Origin: Bacteroidota bacterium
GTDB lineage: Bacteria; Bacteroidota; Bacteroidia; Bacteroidales; GCA-2711565
Direction of reading: 5' to 3'
Assembly: GCA_003353955.1 (NCBI GenBank)
Contig: PIVJ01000005.1
Coordinates: 479-64,478 of the forward strand
DNA: 64,000 nucleotides
Shown here in pieces: positions 19,897 to 28,441 of this stretch. The notes under the pieces are model-generated. The model ran no database searches, was not told the DNA's origin, and saw only the letters and a list, made by a program, of their open reading frames with translations. The translations under genes were made by a program, and so were the position numbers. The first letter of the stretch is position 1. The number at the start of each line of letters is the position of its first letter.

Positions 19897-20547
19897 TCAG
19901 AGTTTTTTTATTGAACTACGTGCCCAATCCAATTTCACATACAATCGTTCATCTTCCGTTAGTTCCCAAGGCACATTTGAGCTTCTAATCTTTTCTGATA
20001 AGAAAAAAAGACATATCGCGGCAGATACTGAAGTATTATAACTTTGTGTAAAGCCGTACATCGGAATTTTAACAAACTCATCAGCATACTTTATTGCATC
20101 ATCAGATATTCCTTGCATTTCTGTGCCGAATATTAAAGCGATTTTACTTTCCAGCGATAAGTCTTCGAGAAGTTGAATATTTTCACCCAGAGATATTACT
20201 ACAATCCGATATCCATCTTATCTTTAATGACTTAAGCGCCAGATCCGTATTTTTCTTTTGCGAATAATACTTTTTAAGATTAAGCCATTTTGAAGCGTCC
20301 AGTTCAACCTCCGGATTAACAAAATATTCATTTCGCCTCTCTATGATATGCACATCTTGAATTTCATAACAACCACAAGTTCTTAAAACAGCACTTGCGT
20401 TATGAGGTTGAAATAAATCTTTAAGTACGATTCAAATACCTTGTTCTATATTCAATTATTTTATCAAATCTATTTTTTCTGTTTTCCGATATAAACTGAT
20501 AAAAATAATCAAGTAAAGATTTTCTTTTAAATTAAAGTTAAGCTCAT
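19897..20547 (-). pseudogene. TrmH/SpoU-family RNA 2'-O-methyltransferase pseudogene (multiple frameshifts)
   Basis: The homologous sequence is split over three frames. Fragments: MSLTLI / KRKSLLDYFYQFISENRKNRFDKIIEYRTRYLN / VLKDLFQPHNASAVLRTCGCYEIQDVHII...ALKSLK / DGYRIVVISLGENIQ...ALIFGTEMQGISDD...SYNTSVSAAICLF. Frame breaks lie near 20525, 20430 and 20218. Confidence 0.75.
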
Positions 20548-20650
20548 TGTTATAAATTACTTTCATAGGATATAAATCATTCCAGCATTATCACTGAAAT
20601 CTTAATTTACGAATATAACAATTGTCGGTCAGGGTATTTTTAGTTGAATT

Positions 20651-20832
20651 AATTAGCATTTCAAATAAAAACAATGAGGCTCCCCACCGCAAGCGGACGG
20701 GGTATCATGATGGATGCTATCTTATTTCGCCCCAAGGGGCGGGGAATATAACCCACAAGGCCCTTCGATTTCGCTCAAGATCACTTCACCTAATTAATTC
20801 TGTTTCACAAAATAAAAGTCTCACTGATTCAA
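20651..20832 (+). repeat. GC-rich intergenic repeat element, copy A (possible ncRNA or MITE-like element)
   Basis: Shares three conserved blocks with 53037-53183 in the same orientation: CTCCCCRCCGCAAGCGGACGRGGTATCATGATGGAT, CCCCAAGGNGCGGGGAATAT and CTAATTAATT.TGTTTCACA...AAAGTCTCACTGA.TCAA. Copy A has about 32 extra nt. Confidence 0.7.
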
Positions 20833-20884
20833 GAATGAAACAAACTATTTTGGGTACACTTTATAAAATATCACTAAAAAGATT

Positions 20885-20892
20885 TACTTTTG
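20885..20892 (+). promoter_or_regulatory. Bacteroidota-type -7 box TAnnTTTG upstream of the TPR protein gene
   Basis: TACTTTTG, 20 nt upstream of the ATG at 20912. Confidence 0.45.
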
Positions 20893-20911
20893 CACTTCAA
20901 AATATGAAAAG

Positions 20912-21598
20912 ATGGCAAAAAAAGCTAATAAGACTGAAGATAAAATTGTTGCGGTAGAAGAAGCATTAGGAAAAACGGAACAATTTATCGAATCTAACCA
21001 AAAAACCTTATCTATTATTATTGGCGCAATAGTGATATTGATTTTAGGATATTTCGGTTATAACAAATTCATTGTTGCTCCTCTTGAAAAAGGAGCGCAA
21101 ATAGAAATGTATATGGCAGAGGCGTATTTTAATCAGGATTCTCTTAATTTGGCATTATATGGAGACGGAAATTATTTGGGGTTCCTTGATATTATTGATG
21201 AATTTGGATCTACAAAATCAGGCAAATTATCAAACTACTATGCAGGTATTTGTTATCTCAACAAAGGTGAGTTCGAAGAAGCCATAAATTACCTGAAGGA
21301 ATACTCTATTAATGATAGGGTTATTGCCCCGATGGCACTTGGAGCCATCGGAGATGCCTATATTGAGTTGAAGGATTACGAAAAAGGTGCTTCATATTAT
21401 ATGGATGCAGTGGATGAAGATGATAATGGTTTTACAACTCCAACCTTTTTAATGAAAGCTGGTATGGCTTACGAATTACAGCAGAATTATAATGATGCCA
21501 TATCAGTTTATGAACGCATCCAGAATGATTATAAATTCAGTTATGAAGCAAGTAATATTGAAAAGTACATTGCGCGAGCTAAAGGATTAGCAAAGTAA
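20912..21598 (+). CDS. Membrane-anchored tetratricopeptide-repeat protein (YfgM-like)
   Basis: 228 aa. N-terminal TM helix LSIIIGAIVILILGYFGY followed by TPR-like helical repeats (AGICYLNKGEFEEAINYLK, GDAYIELKDYEKGASYY). Confidence 0.65.
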   Translation: MAKKANKTEDKIVAVEEALGKTEQFIESNQKTLSIIIGAIVILILGYFGYNKFIVAPLEKGAQIEMYMAEAYFNQDSLNLALYGDGNYLGFLDIIDEFGSTKSGKLSNYYAGICYLNKGEFEEAINYLKEYSINDRVIAPMALGAIGDAYIELKDYEKGASYYMDAVDEDDNGFTTPTFLMKAGMAYELQQNYNDAISVYERIQNDYKFSYEASNIEKYIARAKGLAK

Positions 21599-21622
21599 AA
21601 TCATAATTAATTGATATATCTG

Positions 21623-21651
21623 TACCCGGTGTAATAGCCGGGTATTTTTTT
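21623..21651 (+). terminator. Rho-independent terminator
   Basis: TACCCGG-8 nt-CCGGGTA hairpin followed by a T7 run, 25 nt after the stop of the TPR gene. Confidence 0.7.
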
Positions 21652-21670
21652 ATCTTTAAAAGAAATTGTA

Positions 21671-22633
21671 ATGGAAGATTTGAGAATCATATTTATGGGT
21701 ACACCTGATTTTGCCGTTACAACGCTTGACTATTTAGTTAAGACCGGTTATAATATAGTTAGTGTTATTACTGCACCAGACAAAGCCGCCGGCAGAGGTA
21801 AAAAACTCAGACAATCAGGGATAAAGAATTACGCTTTAGCCAAAGCTATCCCAATACTCCAACCAACAAATTTAAAAGACCCCTTATTTATTAATCAACT
21901 TAGAAGCCTGAATGCAGATCTCCAGATTGTCGTTGCCTTCAGAATGCTACCTGAAATAGTTTGGTCGATGCCCAAATTTGGAACTCTTAATTTGCATGCA
22001 TCTTTACTTCCTCAGTACAGAGGGGCAGCACCTATAAATTGGGCCATCATTAATGGTGAGAATGAAACTGGTGTTACCAGTTTTTTCATCAATCATGAAA
22101 TTGATACCGGCAAAATTATTCTGCAAGAAAAGACAATAATTAACAAAACTGAAACTGCCGGAGAACTCCATGACAAGTTGAAAGTGCTTGGGGCAAACCT
22201 AGTATTAAAAACAGTTAAATTAATTCGAACAGGAGACCTTAAGCTTACTGAGCAAATAATAGCTGGTAAAGAAAAAACGATAAAGACCGCTCCAAAACTC
22301 TACAAAGCCAATGGTAAAATTAATTGGGAGAATTCATCTTTGTCAATTATTAATCTTATTCGTGGATTAAGTCCTTATCCGGGAGCGTATACAAATATTA
22401 AATCACCAAAATCCAATACTATCCAGCTTAAAATTTTCCGTGCGAGATTTGAAAAAGATAAAAGCAAAGCTCAAATTGGCAGTATACAAACTAATTGCAA
22501 ATCTTATTTTAAGATTAAATGCGCTGATGGCTTTATTTACCCTCTAGAAATTCAATTAGCAGGGAAGAATAAGATGAAAACAGATGCATTGTTAAGAGGA
22601 TTTTTAATAAATAATGAGTGGACTATTGCCTAA
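21671..22633 (+). CDS. fmt: Methionyl-tRNA formyltransferase
   Basis: 320 aa. IIFMGTPDFAV N-terminus and HASLLPQYRGAAPINWAIINGE catalytic motif. Confidence 0.9.
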   Translation: MEDLRIIFMGTPDFAVTTLDYLVKTGYNIVSVITAPDKAAGRGKKLRQSGIKNYALAKAIPILQPTNLKDPLFINQLRSLNADLQIVVAFRMLPEIVWSMPKFGTLNLHASLLPQYRGAAPINWAIINGENETGVTSFFINHEIDTGKIILQEKTIINKTETAGELHDKLKVLGANLVLKTVKLIRTGDLKLTEQIIAGKEKTIKTAPKLYKANGKINWENSSLSIINLIRGLSPYPGAYTNIKSPKSNTIQLKIFRARFEKDKSKAQIGSIQTNCKSYFKIKCADGFIYPLEIQLAGKNKMKTDALLRGFLINNEWTIA

Positions 22634-22767
22634 CATAACAATACCAATGCTTTCCGAAAGGTTGCTTAATCAATAAGAAAGTAGCCTTAGTTATTAACAA
22701 AAAACCAGTTTTATTAACATTTCTGGGAGTTTTAGAGCATTTCGCTTGATTGATTTATTTATTATTA

Positions 22768-22775
22768 TATCTTTG
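22768..22775 (+). promoter_or_regulatory. Bacteroidota-type -7 box TAnnTTTG upstream of the HU gene
   Basis: TATCTTTG, 41 nt upstream of the ATG at 22816. It lies inside the longer ORF-track extension, which argues for the 22816 start. Confidence 0.5.
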
Positions 22776-22815
22776 CAGATTCTTCGATTATATTATTAAT
22801 TTAAACCCTAGAAAA

Positions 22816-23085
22816 ATGAACAAAGCAGAACTAATTGAAGCTATGGCTTCTGGTGCAGAAATGACAAAAGCTGATGCTAAACGAGCCCTTGATTCTTTTA
22901 TCGGTGCCACATCTGGTGCACTTCAAAAAGGTGACCGAGTTGCATTAGTAGGTTTTGGCTCTTTCTCTGTTACTAAAAGAGCAGCAAGAAAAGGAAGAAA
23001 TCCACAAACAGGAAAAGAAATTCAAATTGCAGCTAAAAAAGTTGTGAAATTCAAACCTGGTAGTGAATTAGCTGATGCTGTTTAA
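22816..23085 (+). CDS. HU family DNA-binding protein
   Basis: 89 aa from [35 protein letters not shown] arm motif. Confidence 0.9.
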   Translation: MNKAELIEAMASGAEMTKADAKRALDSFIGATSGALQKGDRVALVGFGSFSVTKRAARKGRNPQTGKEIQIAAKKVVKFKPGSELADAV

Positions 23086-23102
23086 ACAACATTGTTTATA
23101 AT

Positions 23103-23138
23103 AAAAAAAGGCTTTGAATTAATTCAAAGCCTTTTTTT
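23103..23138. terminator. Bidirectional rho-independent terminator between convergent HU and glycosylase genes
   Basis: Perfect palindrome AAAAAAAGGCTTTGAATT/AATTCAAAGCCTTTTTTT, with an A-run and a T-run flanking the stem. Confidence 0.75.
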
Positions 23139-23721
23139 ATTGACCAATCTCAAAACGATAAGGAAGCAGTGCGTCCTCACCGGCATAATCTATTCCAATA
23201 CGTGGCCCAATTTTTATATTCCCTCCAGATATAACCTTACCCCTATCTTCTATCCAGATTTGATCATTTTGTAAATCGAGATCATTATGAACCAATGTTA
23301 TTCCTAGTGCTTTTGTAATTTTCCCGGGTCCTTTAAAATAACTTCTTTTAAGCTCACTTTTCTTAATTCGCTTTAATACGGAATCAATCCCATTAGTAGG
23401 ATAAATCCCTCTGATTAGAACCGCATGCGGAATTCCCTCAATATTTGTTACAATATTAACTAATGCATGAATCCCGTAACACAAATAAACATAAGTATGC
23501 CCACCTTCCTTAAACATTGTTCTGGTCCGTTTTGTTTGTTTATTATTATATGCATGCGATGCTTTATCGGTGATACCTGCGTATGCTTCTGTTTCGGTAA
23601 TAAATCCACCTGTAATAACTCCACCGATATTCGTAAACATAAACTTTCCCAATAATTCTTTGGCGACCTCAACAACATCAGGATTTAGATAGAAACTCTT
23701 TTCTAATTTCAGTTGGAACAT
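23137..23721 (-). CDS. DNA-3-methyladenine glycosylase (Mpg/AAG family)
   Basis: FYLNPDVVEVAKELLGK, ITETEAYAG and HTYVYLCYGIH motifs. Start set at MFQLKLEK (ATG 23721), 2 nt after the recQ stop, rather than the overlapping 23754 start. Confidence 0.8.
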   Translation of the reverse strand: MFQLKLEKSFYLNPDVVEVAKELLGKFMFTNIGGVITGGFITETEAYAGITDKASHAYNNKQTKRTRTMFKEGGHTYVYLCYGIHALVNIVTNIEGIPHAVLIRGIYPTNGIDSVLKRIKKSELKRSYFKGPGKITKALGITLVHNDLDLQNDQIWIEDRGKVISGGNIKIGPRIGIDYAGEDALLPYRFEIGQ

Positions 23722-23723
23722 TC

Positions 23724-25646
23724 TTAAAATATAAGACCTAATTGATTTTTCCACTCAAGTCGATTGAGATCATCGACCATAATTTTACCATTGTCTTGCA
23801 GCCAACGAACCACTTTTATTACTTTATCTTCGCTGACATCTCCAATATCATCAATTAATTCTTGTATGTAGCATGGTTTTTTTATAAGCATAGGCTTAAT
23901 TTGCTCTAATATTTTATCAAACTCAAGTTCATTTACATCAAGATTATTCCGTTTTATACACACATCACAGTTACCACAACGTGTGCTGTTCTTCTCACCG
24001 AAATAATTTAGTAATACCCGGTTACGGCATTTGTTATCAATTGCAACATAATTGATTACTTTGTTCAATCGCCGGATACTCGATTTTTTACGATTGAGAT
24101 AATTCTCCTTCGAAATTAAAATTGATTTCAAATTCAAACGCTCTTTAAGGAATAACAACTGAGGTTTCTCAGTTCGTGGAATATAATTTAGAATTTCATA
24201 TTTTTCTAATCGCTGTAAGTGACTTACGATGGTTTTAACATCCACTGAAACACGATTGGCCAGTTCACTTTCATTGATCACAATAAATTCTTGGAAGACG
24301 CCACTGTATGAGCGCAGTATTATTTTGATAAATAAATCATAATATGAATTTTCAACCTGAAACTTGTATAAATCTTCTCTGTTAATTATAAATTTAATTT
24401 TCGAAGGGTTATGAATGCCATCATTTAATTGAATATAGGATTCCTTCTCTAAAAATTTCAGCGAATTGAACACAATCAAAGGTTGAAAATTGAATTTTTT
24501 ACAAAAATCTCCCAAATCGAAATCAAAACTAGCATTCTTTCCGCTGCCAACAGCAAGTTGATAATAATTACCTAAGGATTGATAAATATTCTTAATTATT
24601 TCAATCCTAGGGTAACTTAAGCTTACATTCTTTTTCAGATTGGCAACATCTGCATTATCAAATAGAATAACTGAATCGGCTGATTCCCCATCCCTTCCTG
24701 CCCTCCCTGCTTCCTGAAAATAAGACTCCAGATTATCGGGAAGATCCATATGAACTACAATGCGCACATCCGCTTTATCAATTCCCATTCCAAATGCATT
24801 GGTGGCAACGATAATATTGTTTCTGCCGTTAGTCCAGACTTTTTGTTTTTGTGATCTGGTTTGGTGATCGAGGCCAGCATGGTAGAAATCTGCCTTAAAT
24901 TGGTTCTGATTTAGAAAGTCAGATATTTCCTTACACTTCCTACGATTTCTCACATAAACAATTCCACTTCCTGAAACCTTCTTAAATAATTTCAATAAAC
25001 GCTTGAGTTTATCCTCTTCGTAATTTACAGAATACGTTAAATTTCTTCTGTTAAAACTAACTTGAAAGAGATTTTCTTTTTTAAATTCAAGATTAAGCTG
25101 AATATCCTTAACAACATCAGGGGTTGCGGTAGCAGTCAATGCAAGAACAGGAACCGTGGGGATATATTTCCTGATCTCAGCAATTCGCAGGTATGAAGGT
25201 CGGAAATCATAACCCCATTGCGAGATACAATGTGCTTCGTCAACTGCCAATAAGCTCACCTTAATTTTTTTAAAGTTTTCAATAAATGCAACAGATTCAA
25301 GACGTTCGGGGGAAAGGTATAAAAACTTACACCCCCCATAAATACAGGAATTATAAGCTGCATCAATTTCATTGAAATGCATGCCCGAATAAATGGCCAC
25401 AGCCTTAATTCCTTTGTTTCTTAGATTTTCAACCTGATCCTTCATCAATGCAATTAAAGGGGTAATCACAATGCAAACTCCCTCAAGCATTAATGCCGGA
25501 ATCTGGAAACAGATGGATTTCCCCCCTCCTGTAGGTAATAATGCTAAGGTGTCTTTAGCATTTAAAATGGTATTAATAATATCTTCCTGTTTCGGCCGAA
25601 AGGAAGAATAACCCCAATATTTTATTAATATTTTAAGTATTGACAC
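23724..25646 (-). CDS. recQ: RecQ family ATP-dependent DNA helicase
   Basis: 640 aa, GTG start. PTGGGKS Walker A, DEAH box (AVDEAHCISQWGYDFRP) and the Zn-binding Cys cluster CRNRVLLNYFGE...CGNCDVC. Confidence 0.85.
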   Translation of the reverse strand: MSILKILIKYWGYSSFRPKQEDIINTILNAKDTLALLPTGGGKSICFQIPALMLEGVCIVITPLIALMKDQVENLRNKGIKAVAIYSGMHFNEIDAAYNSCIYGGCKFLYLSPERLESVAFIENFKKIKVSLLAVDEAHCISQWGYDFRPSYLRIAEIRKYIPTVPVLALTATATPDVVKDIQLNLEFKKENLFQVSFNRRNLTYSVNYEEDKLKRLLKLFKKVSGSGIVYVRNRRKCKEISDFLNQNQFKADFYHAGLDHQTRSQKQKVWTNGRNNIIVATNAFGMGIDKADVRIVVHMDLPDNLESYFQEAGRAGRDGESADSVILFDNADVANLKKNVSLSYPRIEIIKNIYQSLGNYYQLAVGSGKNASFDFDLGDFCKKFNFQPLIVFNSLKFLEKESYIQLNDGIHNPSKIKFIINREDLYKFQVENSYYDLFIKIILRSYSGVFQEFIVINESELANRVSVDVKTIVSHLQRLEKYEILNYIPRTEKPQLLFLKERLNLKSILISKENYLNRKKSSIRRLNKVINYVAIDNKCRNRVLLNYFGEKNSTRCGNCDVCIKRNNLDVNELEFDKILEQIKPMLIKKPCYIQELIDDIGDVSEDKVIKVVRWLQDNGKIMVDDLNRLEWKNQLGLIF

Positions 25647-25763
25647 CTGTGATCGTTTTGATAAGTGCTAAATTATGAAATAATTAGGATATTTAGTTTG
25701 TATGAAGCAGTAATAGCATCTTGTAAAAACATTCGAACTCAGGCAAGCTAGCTTAATATTTTA

Positions 25764-25771
25764 TATTTTTG
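25764..25771 (+). promoter_or_regulatory. Bacteroidota-type -7 box TAnnTTTG upstream of the lipid kinase gene
   Basis: TATTTTTG overlaps the ORF-track TTG start at 25769. This favours the ATG at 25817, 46 nt downstream. Confidence 0.45.
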
Positions 25772-25816
25772 CATGAAGGTATCAATATTGAGCCATTCAT
25801 CATTTATTTATCTCAA

Positions 25817-26695
25817 ATGTCTTATAAGTCAATCGTCTTCCTCATTAACAAGAATGCAGGGTATGGTGTCCCGCAAGAACTGGAAAGGCTTATTAATCAA
25901 AGATTCTCACAACAAAACAACTCATTTAAAATTGAATATGCTGAATTTCAAGGGCAAATTGAAAAACTCGCACAAGCTGCTGTTCAGCAGAAAGTTGATA
26001 CGATTGTTGTAGCCGGAGGAGATGGTTCAGTAAACGGAGTTTTCAAAGAAATAAAAGATACAAATATTAGTTTGGGGATTATTCCTCTTGGATCGGGAAA
26101 TGGTTTAGGACGCCATCTTAACATCCCATTTAATATAGAAAAAGCACTGGATACAGTAATTAAAGGAAAAACGAAATTAATTGACACAGCCACTATTAAT
26201 AACAATCCTTTTGTTAGCATCGCCGGTGTTGGATTTGATGCTTTAATTGCAAAGCTCTTTAGGCAAACTAAAGTCAGGGGATTTTGGGCATATATAAAAT
26301 TGGTAATCAAAAACTACTTTTCGTATCAACCCGAAATATATCACATACATCACGAGGATAATAATATTGAAGTAAAAGCACTCATTATAAGTTTTGCAAA
26401 TTCAGATCAATTCGGTTATAATACATCTATTGCACCGCAGGCAATAATTGATGATGGCTTTCTGGATGTTTGTATACTTAAAAAACCACCATGGTATGCA
26501 GTTCCATTTCTGGGCTTTCAATTAATGTTCAACCAAATTAAGCATTCACCCTACTATACAACATTTAAATCAAATGAACTTACTGTGGAAAGCAAAGAAA
26601 ACATGATAATTAATATTGACGGCGAACACCTAAGCACGACAACTAAATTAGCTGTGCGCTTAGCACCCAAATCTTTAAGAGTGATTATACCTTAA
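25817..26695 (+). CDS. Diacylglycerol kinase catalytic-domain family lipid kinase (YegS-like)
   Basis: VVAGGDGSVNGV and IPLGSGNGLGRHL motifs of the DAGK_cat family. Confidence 0.8.
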   Translation: MSYKSIVFLINKNAGYGVPQELERLINQRFSQQNNSFKIEYAEFQGQIEKLAQAAVQQKVDTIVVAGGDGSVNGVFKEIKDTNISLGIIPLGSGNGLGRHLNIPFNIEKALDTVIKGKTKLIDTATINNNPFVSIAGVGFDALIAKLFRQTKVRGFWAYIKLVIKNYFSYQPEIYHIHHEDNNIEVKALIISFANSDQFGYNTSIAPQAIIDDGFLDVCILKKPPWYAVPFLGFQLMFNQIKHSPYYTTFKSNELTVESKENMIINIDGEHLSTTTKLAVRLAPKSLRVIIP

Positions 26696-26707
26696 TTCAT
26701 TATAATT

Positions 26708-27049
26708 ATGTCAAAAAAAAATAAACGCGCTGGAATAGTGTATTCAACAAATCCTGATTTCAGTTATAAATATGAGGGAGAAGGAAATATTGAAACATTA
26801 CCTCCCAATCAGCAATTACTTAAAATTTATTTAGACAGGAAACAACGTGGTGGCAAAACCATTAGCATTGTTAAAGGGTTTGTAGGAAATCCAACTGATT
26901 TAGAAGTATTAGGGAAAATGCTGAAAATAAAATGTGGAACCGGTGGTTCAGTAAAGGATAATGAAATTCTGGTACAGGGAGATATGAGAGACAAAATTAT
27001 TCAGATGTTAGAGAAAGCCGGTTATAAAACAAAACGTGTTGGCGGCTGA
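26708..27049 (+). CDS. Translation initiation factor SUI1/YciH family
   Basis: 113 aa. RKQRGGKTISIVKGF and EILVQGDMRDKI are typical of SUI1. Confidence 0.8.
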   Translation: MSKKNKRAGIVYSTNPDFSYKYEGEGNIETLPPNQQLLKIYLDRKQRGGKTISIVKGFVGNPTDLEVLGKMLKIKCGTGGSVKDNEILVQGDMRDKIIQMLEKAGYKTKRVGG

Positions 27050-27054
27050 TAAGT

Positions 27055-27639
27055 ATGATGAATTTAAACAAAGAATATTGGGAAAGCGTTTATCAGAACG
27101 AACAACATGGTTGGGATATTGGATATCCATCAACACCCTTGAAGAATTATATCGATCAATTAGAGAATAAATCATTAAAGATTCTTGTCCCGGGAGCGGG
27201 CAATGCTTATGAAGTAGAATACTTATTCGAACAAGAATTTAAAAGTGTTTCGTTAATTGATTTTGCCGAAACTCCTATCGCAAACTTTAAAAAACGCATC
27301 CCCCGCTTTCCGCATAGTCAAATCTTCAAAGAAGACTTTTTTACTCACAAAGAGAAATACAACCTCATTCTTGAGCAAACCTTTTTCGCTTCTCTTCCTC
27401 GAAGTAAACGGCTTGATTATGCTAAAAAGATGCATGACCTTTTGGTAACAGGAGGCAAACTGTCAGGGCTATTATTCAATCACGAATTCAACCTAGGTCA
27501 TCCTCCTTTTGGTGGTACGATAAAGGAATATCGAAAATTATTTAGTCCTTACTTCAAAATTAAAATAATGGAAAATTGTTACAATTCGATTAAGCCAAGG
27601 CAAGACAGGGAATTGTTTTTTGTATTGATAAAAAAATAA
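27055..27639 (+). CDS. SAM-dependent methyltransferase, thiopurine/halide methyltransferase-like
   Basis: 194 aa. YWE..Y......WD N-terminal pattern and motif I ILVPGAGNAYE. Confidence 0.65.
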   Translation: MMNLNKEYWESVYQNEQHGWDIGYPSTPLKNYIDQLENKSLKILVPGAGNAYEVEYLFEQEFKSVSLIDFAETPIANFKKRIPRFPHSQIFKEDFFTHKEKYNLILEQTFFASLPRSKRLDYAKKMHDLLVTGGKLSGLLFNHEFNLGHPPFGGTIKEYRKLFSPYFKIKIMENCYNSIKPRQDRELFFVLIKK

Positions 27640-27718
27640 GAAATGCGATATTGTCTTTTAATGTTCCACAAAATTATTTACATTCGCTATAAATCGCATC
27701 TGGCATAAAACATATATT

Positions 27719-28429
27719 ATGATATCTCAACCTAGCAATACAATTGAAACTATTGGAACAATTGAAAAGAAGGAGACATTAGTTTCGGTTGACAGCGACC
27801 ACCTTGTACTTGAATCACTACATCCATTTCCCGGGTATCACGGAACAACAGTTCCAGATCAAACCAATCCCAAGTCATTGTTTCTGGTGATGAAATCAAC
27901 TAAAACAGAAGAAGCTATTATTCGCATTACGGCAAAAGTGAGGAGCAAATTCAGTTCAGGATTTGAAGGATCTCCCGGAGTTGTTAGTGTTTTTAATAGA
28001 ATGGAACCATGTATCAGAATCAAAAACCTGAAAAGTTATGCCCTCATTCCCGAGTTGATTTCTTCATATAAAGGAGAAGGGATTAGTTTTATTAAAGGAA
28101 GAAAGATTGATTCATATTACGGAGCTATTAAAATTAAGAAAAATTTCATTCTGAGTGAAGTAAATGAAGGCATTTATATGGATAAGGAAACTCCTGAGAT
28201 GGGATATTTTGAAATTCCTACACAACTCGATTGGGATTCATTTGAAAAGATTACGCTTGGCTTGAAACATAATATTGACGATAACAACTTTGATGTTGCA
28301 TTAGGAACAATTTACCGAAACTCAGGATTAATTGATATAATTAGAGTCTACAACACCAACGTATGTTTAGGCGAATGCTTATTTTTAAGAGAAAAATACA
28401 ATGCCGAAATTGCAAAACATATCAAATAA
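27719..28429 (+). CDS. Hypothetical cytoplasmic protein, no family recognised
   Basis: Clean 236-aa ORF with no TM helix or signal peptide, ending 12 nt before the MscS gene. I can name no motif. Confidence 0.6.
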   Translation: MISQPSNTIETIGTIEKKETLVSVDSDHLVLESLHPFPGYHGTTVPDQTNPKSLFLVMKSTKTEEAIIRITAKVRSKFSSGFEGSPGVVSVFNRMEPCIRIKNLKSYALIPELISSYKGEGISFIKGRKIDSYYGAIKIKKNFILSEVNEGIYMDKETPEMGYFEIPTQLDWDSFEKITLGLKHNIDDNNFDVALGTIYRNSGLIDIIRVYNTNVCLGECLFLREKYNAEIAKHIK

Positions 28430-28441
28430 ATAACCTTATTA

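Noticed and set aside
20815-20845. CTGA...GAAAC in the tail of repeat copy A resembling hammerhead core elements
   Set aside because: The GAAAC part is not conserved in copy B, and the required flanking helices are absent.
20120-20911. Possible replication origin at the change from mostly minus-strand genes (1-20 kb) to mostly plus-strand genes (beyond 20.9 kb)
   Set aside because: The strand bias is weak on both sides (tsaD and the murD-like pair on plus before; recQ, idi, prmC, slyD and fabG on minus after). I saw no DnaA-box cluster, and GC skew cannot be judged by eye.
20622-20957. 111-aa ORF in the intergenic region upstream of the TPR gene
   Set aside because: It runs through repeat copy A. 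The second repeat copy differs by indels that are not multiples of three and does not preserve the frame. The ORF also overlaps the predicted promoter and start of the TPR gene, so it is most likely spurious.
23460-23678. Two overlapping about 60-70-aa ORFs on both strands inside the glycosylase gene
   Set aside because: They are embedded in a gene with clear Mpg-family motifs and have no independent support.
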